NCBI GenBank assembly: GCA_034530875.2
Contig: JAVRCJ020000070.1
Location: 1 to 21,751 of the forward strand
Direction of reading: 5' to 3'
DNA length: 21,751 nucleotides
Source: Nostoc sp. DedSLP01
GTDB taxonomy: Bacteria > Cyanobacteriota > Cyanobacteriia > Cyanobacteriales > Nostocaceae
Notes under the pieces: generated by a model
The model's input: the letters and a program-made list of their open reading frames with translations, nothing else
Database searches by the model: none
What the model was told of the DNA's origin: nothing
In this document: positions 7,892 to 16,800 of the stretch, piece by piece
Layout of the letters: each line of letters starts with the position of its first letter
Numbering within the stretch: the stretch's first letter is position 1
Translations under genes and position numbers: made by a program

Positions 7892-9723
7892 ATTACGATC
7901 ATTTAGACCCTTATAAAAAAGATATTTTGATCGTTGACGATATGGCAGATAACCTGCGGGTTTTATCTTCGATATTGACAAGGGAAGGGTACAACGTTCG
8001 TAAAGCCTTAAACTGGCAAATGGCACTGACAGCAACTCAAACAGTGTTGCCCGATCTGATATTGCTCGATATCATGATGCCAGAAGTAGATGGCTATGAA
8101 ATTTGCCAAACTTTTAAAGCTTGGGACTTAACAGCTGATATTCCAGTAATTTTTATTAGCGCTCTGGATGATGTTTTTGATAAAGTTAAAGCTTTTAGGG
8201 TAGGCGGTGTAGACTACATCACTAAACCTTTTGAATTTCAAGAAGTTTTAGTGCGGGTACAAAATCAACTGGCTTTGAGATCGGCACGATTAGAAATCTT
8301 AAAATTAAATGTCGAACTCGAACATCGAGTCAAACAACGTACTTGGGAGCTAGAAAATGCTCTGCAAAAACTCCATGAAGAAATCATTTCTCGCCAGAAA
8401 TTACAAAGTCAAATCCTAGATATAGCACTACATGATTCTCTAACTGGGTTGCCAAACCGAGTTTTGTTTATCAGGCAACTCAAAAACGCTTTAAATCGGG
8501 CTAAACAAGATCCTAATTATCAGTTTGCCGTACTTTTTTTAGATTGCGATCGCTTCAAAGTCATCAATGATTCCCTCGGTCATTTGGTAGGAGATGAATT
8601 ACTCATTGCCATCGCCCGTCGCTTGCAAACATGCCTGATACCGATTGATACTCTAGCCCGATTAGGCGGCGACGAATTTGGTATTCTTCTGGAAAATCTC
8701 ACAGATATCAATATTGCCATCCAAGTTGCCGAACGCATTCTGCAACAGCTATCACTCGCTTTTAAACTCTCAAGATACGAAGTATTTATGAATGCCAGTA
8801 TTGGTATTAGCTGGGGTAATAAAGATTACGATCGCCCAGAGTATTTACTGCGGGATGCTGATACGGCAATGTATCGTGCCAAGGCTCAAGGAAGAGCAAA
8901 ATATCACGTTTTCGACCCAGCAATGCATCAGGAAGCCATTCAACTTTTAGAATTAGAAAATGATTTGCGCAGGGCTGTTGAAAGGCAAGAATTCCTCGTT
9001 TATTATCAGCCAATTATTTCTTTAACTACAGGCAAAATTTCTGGATTTGAAGCATTAGTACGCTGGCAACATCCGACCCGCGGCTTGGTTTCTCCTATAG
9101 ATTTTATTCCTGTAGCAGAAGAAACAGGTTTGATTAATGCCATTAACATCTGGGTATTACAGTCGGCTTGCCACCAACTAAGCATCTGGCAACATTATCC
9201 AGTCACGTCAGAGCCTTTAAGTATTAGTGTAAATTTGAGTGCCAGATTATTTTCACAGCCCAATTTCGTAGATCAAATAGACCGCATAATTCACGAACAT
9301 CAAATAAATCCCGAATATTTACAATTAGAAATTACAGAAAGCGTAATTATGGAAAATACTAATGCCATCAAAATAATTCTCGAAGAGTTAAAACAACGCA
9401 AAATTAAATTGATCATGGATGATTTTGGGACGGGATATTCGTCTTTAAGTTATCTTCACAGCTTTCCTTTAGATGCGCTCAAAATAGACAAATCATTTGT
9501 CAAACGGATGCAAGACAATCAAGAGAATATGGGGTTAGTTCCAGCAATGATCGGTATTGCTAATTCAATGGGAATGAGCGCGATCGCCGAAGGTGTTGAA
9601 ACAGAGGAACAGTTAGCCCAACTGAGAAATTTAAACTGTGATTTCGCTCAAGGATATCTCTTCTCTAAACCCATAGAAGGCGAATTAGTTATGAAGCTAC
9701 TTGCTGCAACACCCCAATGGTAA
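7888..9723 (+). CDS. Response regulator with diguanylate cyclase and phosphodiesterase domains (REC-GGDEF-EAL)
   Basis: REC (IVDD, LLDIMMP, KPF), HDSLTGLPNR, RLGGDEF, GFEALVRW, DDFGTGYSSLSYL, AEGVE. ATGA overlap with the upstream kinase stop codon. Confidence 0.96.
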   Translation: MNYDHLDPYKKDILIVDDMADNLRVLSSILTREGYNVRKALNWQMALTATQTVLPDLILLDIMMPEVDGYEICQTFKAWDLTADIPVIFISALDDVFDKVKAFRVGGVDYITKPFEFQEVLVRVQNQLALRSARLEILKLNVELEHRVKQRTWELENALQKLHEEIISRQKLQSQILDIALHDSLTGLPNRVLFIRQLKNALNRAKQDPNYQFAVLFLDCDRFKVINDSLGHLVGDELLIAIARRLQTCLIPIDTLARLGGDEFGILLENLTDINIAIQVAERILQQLSLAFKLSRYEVFMNASIGISWGNKDYDRPEYLLRDADTAMYRAKAQGRAKYHVFDPAMHQEAIQLLELENDLRRAVERQEFLVYYQPIISLTTGKISGFEALVRWQHPTRGLVSPIDFIPVAEETGLINAINIWVLQSACHQLSIWQHYPVTSEPLSISVNLSARLFSQPNFVDQIDRIIHEHQINPEYLQLEITESVIMENTNAIKIILEELKQRKIKLIMDDFGTGYSSLSYLHSFPLDALKIDKSFVKRMQDNQENMGLVPAMIGIANSMGMSAIAEGVETEEQLAQLRNLNCDFAQGYLFSKPIEGELVMKLLAATPQW

Positions 9724-9991
9724 GCACGAAATAACACCTGAAAAAAACTTGACAATTGGGGCTTGGTTAGATTATTTGTGTATTCTTTATATTATACTGC
9801 TGTCATCCAGCTTTTATTTTTGTAAAAACCTTAACTGATTAATAACTTTTTTCGGATAAAAATTTTCAAAGCGCTCTGTTAGTTAAACTATAAATACAAA
9901 GATTTTGGCAAAATTTAGCAGAATTGCCAGGGTGATTTCAAACCAGTATTTAGTATCCGCGATCGTTAATATACATATTTTTTCATAGATA

Positions 9992-11377
9992 ATGCATTTA
10001 AATCAAACTAACCATCATAAAAGAAATATTTTGGTGGTAGATGATACCCCAGATAATTTGCGGCTTTTATCAGCAATGTTAACTGCGCAAGGTTTTGAAG
10101 TTCGCAAAGCGTTAAATGGCAAAATGGCACTGACTGCATGTCAAATGGTTTTGCCAGATGTGATTCTGCTGGATATTAATATGCCGGGTATGGATGGCTA
10201 TGAAGTCTGCCAACAACTCAAAGCAGACGATAAAACTTGCGAAATTCCAGTAATTTTTATTAGCGCCCTCGATGATGTTGTAGATAAGGCAAAAGCTTTT
10301 GATGTTGGCGGCGTAGATTATATTGCCAAACCTTTTCATGGGGCAGAGGTTGTGTTACGAATTGAAAATCAGATTAATTTACGTTTGCTACAAGTAAACC
10401 TTCAAGAAAAAAATATTTTACTCCAACAGGCACTTGACGACTTAAAAGCCGTCCAAGTTCAACAAATTCAAAACGAAAAAATGGTGGCTTTGGGGCAGTT
10501 AGTAGCTGGAATTGCCCATGAAATTAATAACCCGATCAGTTTTATTTATGGGAATCTCCAATATGCTGGGCGATACGTGCAAGACCTAGCAAATATGATT
10601 GAGACTTATCAACAAGAATATCCCCAACCGACACCAAAAATTCAGCAAACAGCTAAAGATATAGACTTGAATTTTGTGATTCAAGATTTGCAAAATCTTA
10701 TAGATGCAATGTATAGAGGTTCTAATCGCATTCGGGAGATAGTACTAGCATTACAAAACTTTTCTCGACACGATGAATCTGAGATCAAGCGCGTAAATAT
10801 CCATGAAGGCATCGATAACACTTTAGTCATGTTACAGCATCGACTCAAGGAAACAGCAGACCGTCCAGCAATTTTTGTAGTTAAAAATTATGGCAATTTG
10901 CCTCGAGTTTCTTGTTATGTCAGCGAACTCAATCAAGTATTTATGCATTTATTGAATAATGCAATTGATGCTTTAGAAAAGGGAGTGGGGAGTGGGGAAT
11001 GGGGAGATGGGGAGATGGGGAGGTGGGGGAGTGTGGGAAGTGTGGGGGGAAAGATTTCTTCCCCATCCTTCCATACCCCAATACCCAATGCCCCATGCCC
11101 CATACCCAAAATAGAGATTTACACGCAACTGACAAACTCTAATACAGTCAAAATTGCGATCGCCGATAATGGCATTGGGATACAAGAGTCATTAAAACCG
11201 CGTTTGTTTGACCCATTTTTTACCACAAAAACTGTGGGCAAAGGTAGTGGATTAGGATTGTCAATTAGCTATCAAATTATCGTGCAAAAACACCGAGGTA
11301 AAATTACCTGCAACTCATCTGTTGGCAAAGGAGCAGAATTTGCGATCGAAATTCCCATAGAACCATCTGAGCGTTAA
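9992..11377 (+). CDS. Hybrid response regulator / histidine kinase (REC-HisKA-HATPase_c)
   Basis: REC (VVDD, LLDINMP, KPF), LVAGIAHEINNP H-box, NNAIDA, DNGIGI, FDPFFTTK, GSGLGLSIS. Confidence 0.95.
   Translation: MHLNQTNHHKRNILVVDDTPDNLRLLSAMLTAQGFEVRKALNGKMALTACQMVLPDVILLDINMPGMDGYEVCQQLKADDKTCEIPVIFISALDDVVDKAKAFDVGGVDYIAKPFHGAEVVLRIENQINLRLLQVNLQEKNILLQQALDDLKAVQVQQIQNEKMVALGQLVAGIAHEINNPISFIYGNLQYAGRYVQDLANMIETYQQEYPQPTPKIQQTAKDIDLNFVIQDLQNLIDAMYRGSNRIREIVLALQNFSRHDESEIKRVNIHEGIDNTLVMLQHRLKETADRPAIFVVKNYGNLPRVSCYVSELNQVFMHLLNNAIDALEKGVGSGEWGDGEMGRWGSVGSVGGKISSPSFHTPIPNAPCPIPKIEIYTQLTNSNTVKIAIADNGIGIQESLKPRLFDPFFTTKTVGKGSGLGLSISYQIIVQKHRGKITCNSSVGKGAEFAIEIPIEPSER
10981..11109. repeat. In-frame STRR1-like tandem repeats (G-rich arm followed by a C-rich arm)
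   Basis: GGGGAGT/GGGGAAT/GGGGAGAT units, then CCCCAAT/CCCCATG units; encodes GVGSGEWGDGEMGRWGSVGSVGG...PIPNAPCPIP. Confidence 0.85.
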
Positions 11378-11404
11378 TTAAGAAGAATTTAGAATCTAGA
11401 ACTA

Positions 11405-11740
11405 TCAGCCAACAGCGAACTCGGTAAATTTTCGTTTGAAGGGAGAGTGAAAAGCTAAGACAATATCATTTTTAGGTACACCATGATTGGTAAGCTCATC
11501 GGCAATACCTCCTTCAGTACCATCATGCTGAATCCAAACTTTTTCGTTTTTAATATCTAGATGCAAAACACAGCCATATACACGACGTTTATTTGACCAA
11601 CCTACATGAACAAGTTGATATCTATCGTGTTCTCGATCGAAAATTACTTCGGCTTCGACTTCTTCGTTACTAGATTTAATTTGGCTATAAGCTTCTAACA
11701 ACTCTTGAATGATTTTACGATATTGTTCTACTTTTGCCAT
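11405..11740 (-). CDS. xisI: XisI family protein
   Basis: 111 aa with FDREHDRYQL..VGW, GC.LHLDIK..KVWIQHDGTE.GIA.EL...GVPK.DIVLAFH.P..R..T.FAV signature. Confidence 0.93.
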   Translation of the reverse strand: MAKVEQYRKIIQELLEAYSQIKSSNEEVEAEVIFDREHDRYQLVHVGWSNKRRVYGCVLHLDIKNEKVWIQHDGTEGGIADELTNHGVPKNDIVLAFHSPFKRKFTEFAVG

Positions 11741-12144
11741 TTGACAATCGTCTCCTGTTCTGGATCGAAAATAATCAGTCGAACTTGATAACGTTGGATT
11801 AACAAGCGCGGCAGTTCTAAAGTAAAAAAGGAACGATAAGTATCAAAAGGAACTGCTAAATATAGAAGTCTCTCTGGTTGCTCTTCTTCAAGTGCTAGCT
11901 GGTATTTGAGAAACTGTCCCAAAGCAGTACTAAATTCTGTTGTAGCAGATGGGCTAACAAAACTTTTAATTTCAACAGCAATTTTTTCTTCGTTTCGTTC
12001 CGCTGCTATAATTTTCTCGGCACCAAGGTCTATATACATATCCAATCCGCCAAAACGTAGGAATAGAGGATCGTTGGTAATCAACCAACCATCTTTCTCT
12101 AAAGCGCGTTTTACTGCATAGTGGAAAATGTCCTTCGCCGACAT
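11728..12144 (-). CDS. xisH: XisH family protein (PD-(D/E)xK nuclease-like fold)
   Basis: 138 aa with MSAKDIFH.AVK.ALEKDGW.IT.DP, IDLGAEK, IAVEIKSF, ALGQF..Y, R.LYLAVP. Overlaps xisI by 13 nt. Confidence 0.94.
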   Translation of the reverse strand: MSAKDIFHYAVKRALEKDGWLITNDPLFLRFGGLDMYIDLGAEKIIAAERNEEKIAVEIKSFVSPSATTEFSTALGQFLKYQLALEEEQPERLLYLAVPFDTYRSFFTLELPRLLIQRYQVRLIIFDPEQETIVKWQK

Positions 12145-12216
12145 AAATTACTATTGAGCTTTTTAATTTCGAGCGTGTCTTCAGTTTAACTGTTGACTAA
12201 ACCTTATACTTGCTAA

Positions 12217-13875
12217 TCATTGCAACAGCTTCAGAGGGAGTTTGACAGTGAAATTCGTCCAGCCTTGAGAACTATTAACTTCAACTGTCCCTTGGAGATA
12301 TTCTACTAACTTTTTCACTAATGATAAACCTAATCCTGTGTTGCCATATTGTCGGCGAACGCTTTGAATAATTGGATCTACCCCATCGAATATTTGAGAT
12401 TTTTCTTGTGTCTTACTGCAATCGATGCGGTAAAATGGCTCAAATATTCGAGATGTTTCTTGTATGGGGATTTCCACTCCGGAATTACTAATCGTAATTT
12501 GACAGTAGGGAAATTGAAAATTATTTATTCCACCAGATTTTGCATCTTCATTGACAAGCTCGGCATTTACTGTAATTTGTTCGTTGATAGGAGTATATTT
12601 GCAAGCATTGTTGAGTAACTCTGAGATAATTTCCGTTAGGCTACCTAAGTCTGAAACTAAAACTGGTAAATTAGGGGAAATCTTAACTTGCAATATCTGT
12701 TGCCGTTCTCGAATAAGCGCTTCAAAACCGTCAACTATATGAGGCAGCCAGTTTTGCAGTTCAATTGCAGTTAATTCCAATGGATATGTATCTGCATCAA
12801 TCATTCGCATGTACAGCAAATCGTCCACTAAATCTAACTCTTGTTCGCACTGGTCGCGGATGATATTTAAGTAACGAGTTACAGTATCGTATGTAAAACG
12901 TGCTTCGGAATTGAAAATCTCCTCCCGGTCTAAAATATTTTCAAGCACGTTAATTGCCATTTTAATGTTTGATAATGGCGTTCGCATTTCATGAGAAGTA
13001 GTTATTAAAAAATCTTCTTTCAATTTGTTCAATTTTTCAAGTTCTGCCACTTGAATTTCTAGTTGTTTAGTACGTTCGTTAGCAAGATTGCGTTCTTCAA
13101 TTAAGCGTCGTCGCGTGTCGTTACGAAAAACCAGTACAGCTCCTGTAATCGTGCCGCTATTATCTCTCAGAGGAGTAGCACTATCAGCTATAGGAATAGT
13201 CGTTCCATCTTTGCTAACGAGTAAGACGCCACTGCGAAGATAGATAATAGTTTGTTGTTCCAGGGCTGCGATAATTGGATTTTTTATCGGCAGTAAAGTT
13301 CGTTCGTCAACAAGTTGGAGAACTTCAGTTAATATTTTTTCCTTAGCTTCATCCCATTGCCAACCTGTCAGGCTTTCAGCTACCTGATTCATGTATTTAA
13401 TTTGTAATTCAGTATCTACTACAATTACCCCATCACCCATTCCTCGCAGCACAGAACTCAAAAATTGCTCGCGATTGTAGCGACTCAGAGCTGTTTCAAT
13501 GGCAACGTAAAGTTCTTGCTCTTTGATAGGTTTGAGGATATATCCAAAGGGGGATGTCAGGGCTGCTCGCTCCACAGTACTCTTATCAGAGTGACCAGTG
13601 ACGTAGATTACAGGAATTTGTAAATCCAGCCAAATTTGCTCTGCTGCCTGGATGCCGTCGATCTCCCCCCGTAATCTGATATCCATCAAAATCAAGTTTG
13701 GGCGCAACTGTGTTGCCTTTTCAATTGCTAATTCTGCGGAATCGGCAATATCTAAAACAGTGTATCCCAAAGACTCTAAGCTTTCTTGTAAGTTGATGGC
13801 AAGAATATATTCATCTTCAACAACAAGAACTCTAACTGTCTCCTTTGCATTACTGCTTGGTGCGATGCCGACCAT
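12217..13875 (-). CDS. Hybrid REC-PAS-HisKA-HATPase_c histidine kinase
   Basis: REC (VVEDE, LMDIRL, ILKP), PAS (GMGDGVIVVD...MNQVAESLTGW), SHEMRTPL, ELLNNACKYT, TGLGLSLV. Starts 3 nt after the upstream gene. Confidence 0.93.
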   Translation of the reverse strand: MVGIAPSSNAKETVRVLVVEDEYILAINLQESLESLGYTVLDIADSAELAIEKATQLRPNLILMDIRLRGEIDGIQAAEQIWLDLQIPVIYVTGHSDKSTVERAALTSPFGYILKPIKEQELYVAIETALSRYNREQFLSSVLRGMGDGVIVVDTELQIKYMNQVAESLTGWQWDEAKEKILTEVLQLVDERTLLPIKNPIIAALEQQTIIYLRSGVLLVSKDGTTIPIADSATPLRDNSGTITGAVLVFRNDTRRRLIEERNLANERTKQLEIQVAELEKLNKLKEDFLITTSHEMRTPLSNIKMAINVLENILDREEIFNSEARFTYDTVTRYLNIIRDQCEQELDLVDDLLYMRMIDADTYPLELTAIELQNWLPHIVDGFEALIRERQQILQVKISPNLPVLVSDLGSLTEIISELLNNACKYTPINEQITVNAELVNEDAKSGGINNFQFPYCQITISNSGVEIPIQETSRIFEPFYRIDCSKTQEKSQIFDGVDPIIQSVRRQYGNTGLGLSLVKKLVEYLQGTVEVNSSQGWTNFTVKLPLKLLQ

Positions 13876-13878
13876 AAT

Positions 13879-16800
13879 TTATGCCCCGTTTTTTGTCAAA
13901 GAAATTTTAAATTGCGTTCCCTGGTGAGAGTCAATTTCGAGCTTTCCTTTTAGCTGCTTGACTAAGCCCTGAACGAGGGTTATGCCTAGGGTTTTAACTT
14001 TTTTGGTATCAAAATTTTCAGGTAAACCTATACCATTATCTCGAATGAGGAGTATTAAAGTACGCTCTGATTCTTGATAAAACTTAACTTCGATTTCTCC
14101 TTCCTGATTACCAACAAAAGCGTATTTCAAAGCATTGGAAACCAGTTCGTTGATAATCAAGCCGCAAGGAATGGCGGTTTCGATATCGAGGCTAGCATTA
14201 TCAACTTGAATCTTGAGTTTAATTTGATTGGAACTGACCTTATAGGAATCAAATAAATGAGTTGTTAAATCTGGGATATATTGAGCGAAATCAATATCAG
14301 CTAGGTCTTCAGAACGATATAATTTTTCATGCACTAAAGCAATAGAAGCGATGCGGTTTTGGCTATCGCACAGAATTGCAGCTACCTGCGGATCTTGGGT
14401 GCGTCTGCACTGCATTTGCAGCAAACTGCTGACAATTCCTAAATTGTTCTTGACGCGATGATGAATTTCTTTAAGTAAGACTTCCTTTTCTTTGAGAGAT
14501 GCTTTGATTTTTTCCTCTGCTTGTTTATGCTCGGTAATATCTTGTTGGACGGCTACAAGGACGCTTCCATATTCAGGATGCTCAAAGACAGAACTAGTGG
14601 CACTACACCAGAAAGGAGTACCATCTTTCTTAAGATTATGAACTTCATAAGTAGCTTCACCGTGTTGGAAAATAGCAGCCCTAATCGCCTGATTAATATC
14701 TTCAGGTGTATTGTTTTGATCGCCGTAATTGACAATTGATACATGCTGACCGATTAATTCCCCAGAGTCATAGCCAAACATTTGCTCGAATTTGGGATTG
14801 GCATAAACAATAATGCCATCGCTAGTTCTAATTAAGCAAATTCCCTCAGCGATGTTGCGGGTAATTACTGCTTGCAGTTCTAACATCTGTTGGGCACGTT
14901 TGCGATCGCTGATTTCTACAATTACAAAGCCAATGCCGATGGGTTGTTGGGTTTGAGAAGCAATCGGAAAGCAGGAAACTAACCACGTCCGCTTCACCCC
15001 GGGGTCTTTTGGAGTTTCGCCGCCGATTTCTAAATCCAAAACCGGTTCGCCTATTGTTAAAACATGTTGAAAAATCGGTTCGAGCTTTCGTGCCAAATCG
15101 GGGATAATTTCCCACACAGTCTTGCCAATATGCGCTGCTGCGGGAATACCATTCATTTGTGCTAATGCTTGATTCACCAATGTAAAATGCAAATGGCGAT
15201 CGAGAACGGTTAAACCAACAGGTGCGCTGCTGATGAAAGCATCTAATAACTGTTGCTGATGAGCCAATTCTCGCTCCAGAATTTTACGTTCTGTGATGTC
15301 AATTGCCACCCTACCTACTAACTTTTGTCCAGATAATCCCAGAATCGGAAACTTGTAAACCAAGAACTCACCAACGGTGCCGTCTGGGCGGGGAGCAACT
15401 TCTATGAACTCAATGACTTGATTGCTTTGTGCAACTGTGCGAATATGCTCAAAGTGCTGCTGAGCAATTTCAGTTGGGTAGAGGTCAAATATCGATTGCT
15501 CGATGGCGCGATCGGGTTGTAATTTAAATGTACGCAGGTATACTTGGTTTAAATAAAGCACACGCCCATCCGTATCGGTAATCCAAGCTAGCACCGGACT
15601 ATTGTTCATAAATGCCTGGAACCGAGCTTCACTTTCTCGCAAGGCTGCTTCTGCTTGCTTAGTAGCGCTGACATCAATAATCACACCCAGCATTCGTACA
15701 GCTTCGCCTGTTTCGTTGTAAACGCCGCGCCCTTTGCCAGTGAGCCAGCGAATGCTGCCATCGGGGTAAATTACTCGATATTCAGCTTCAAAATTAGTAC
15801 GTTCTGCTAAAGCTTTAAAGACAGCCTGTTCAACTCGGTCAACATCTTCTGGATGCACGCGATCGCGCCATAGTTGATAGTTGGCTGTTGATGTTTCTGG
15901 TTCCAACCCTAGCAAGCGAAAATGATTGTCGTTCCAAATTACGTCGCCTGTTAGAATATTCCAGTCCCAAATACCAATATGGTTAAATTCCAAAGTCAGC
16001 CTGAGTTGTTCTTCACTCTTGGCTAAAGCTGCTTCGGCAAGTTTGCGTAAGCGCAGCTCGTCGTAGACATCGCTAATATCCCCTAAAGAACCAATCAGTC
16101 GCACTGGATTTCCTTGCTCGTCCCAGATACCTTTTGCCCGCGATCGCACCCAGCGATAGCTGCCATCCTTGCATCGCAGACGATACTCGACGTTATAATC
16201 TGCAACTTGCCTACTCAAATAAGCTTCTTGCGCAGCCATGACTCTGGCATAGTCGTCACGGTGAATGCGAACATTCCACTCATCATCGCTACTACTAATT
16301 TCGTTGGGTTCGTATCCCAAAATTGTGCACCAACGATCCGACCGGAAGGTTTGATTGGTAGAGATGTCCCAATCCCAAATTGCTTCATTAGTACCGACGA
16401 TCGCTAATTGCCAACGTTCTTCACTTTGGCGCAAGGTTTCTTCCGCTGTTTGGCGATCGCGCAGTGCAATTTCCCGTTCGGTGACATCTTGGGCAGTGCC
16501 ATAAAGCCGGATTACTTTTCCATCTGCGTTAAATTCTGCATATCCAATGCCCTCGAAGTAGCGATTAGAACCATCTGGCTGGGGTACACGCAAAATTTCT
16601 TTGTAGGATTCACCTGTGGCGATCGCTCGCTCAACGGCTTGGTGCAACTTTTGACGGTCTTCAGGGTGATACAATTGCAGATTTTCTTCATAGTTCGGTT
16701 CAAGAAGCGCCGGGTCTCGATTGAAGAGGTCGAAAAGGCCTTTAGACCAAGTAATTTTGCCACTGACAAGTTCAAACTCCCAATTACCAAGGCGAGCAAC

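Noticed and set aside
10981..11109. Repeats considered as a CRISPR array
   Set aside because: 7-9 nt tandem units without unique spacers, and no cas genes in the window.
10941..11185. Antisense ORFs rich in G/W/P/H
   Set aside because: Artefacts of the STRR repeat tract.
11405..12144. Complete fdxN-type excision element
   Set aside because: No recombinase, no interrupted host gene and no flanking direct repeats seen.
9588..14901. Gap in perfect HIP1 sites as evidence of horizontal acquisition
   Set aside because: Near-matches are present, other multi-kb gaps exist (902-4463), and the genes look typically cyanobacterial.
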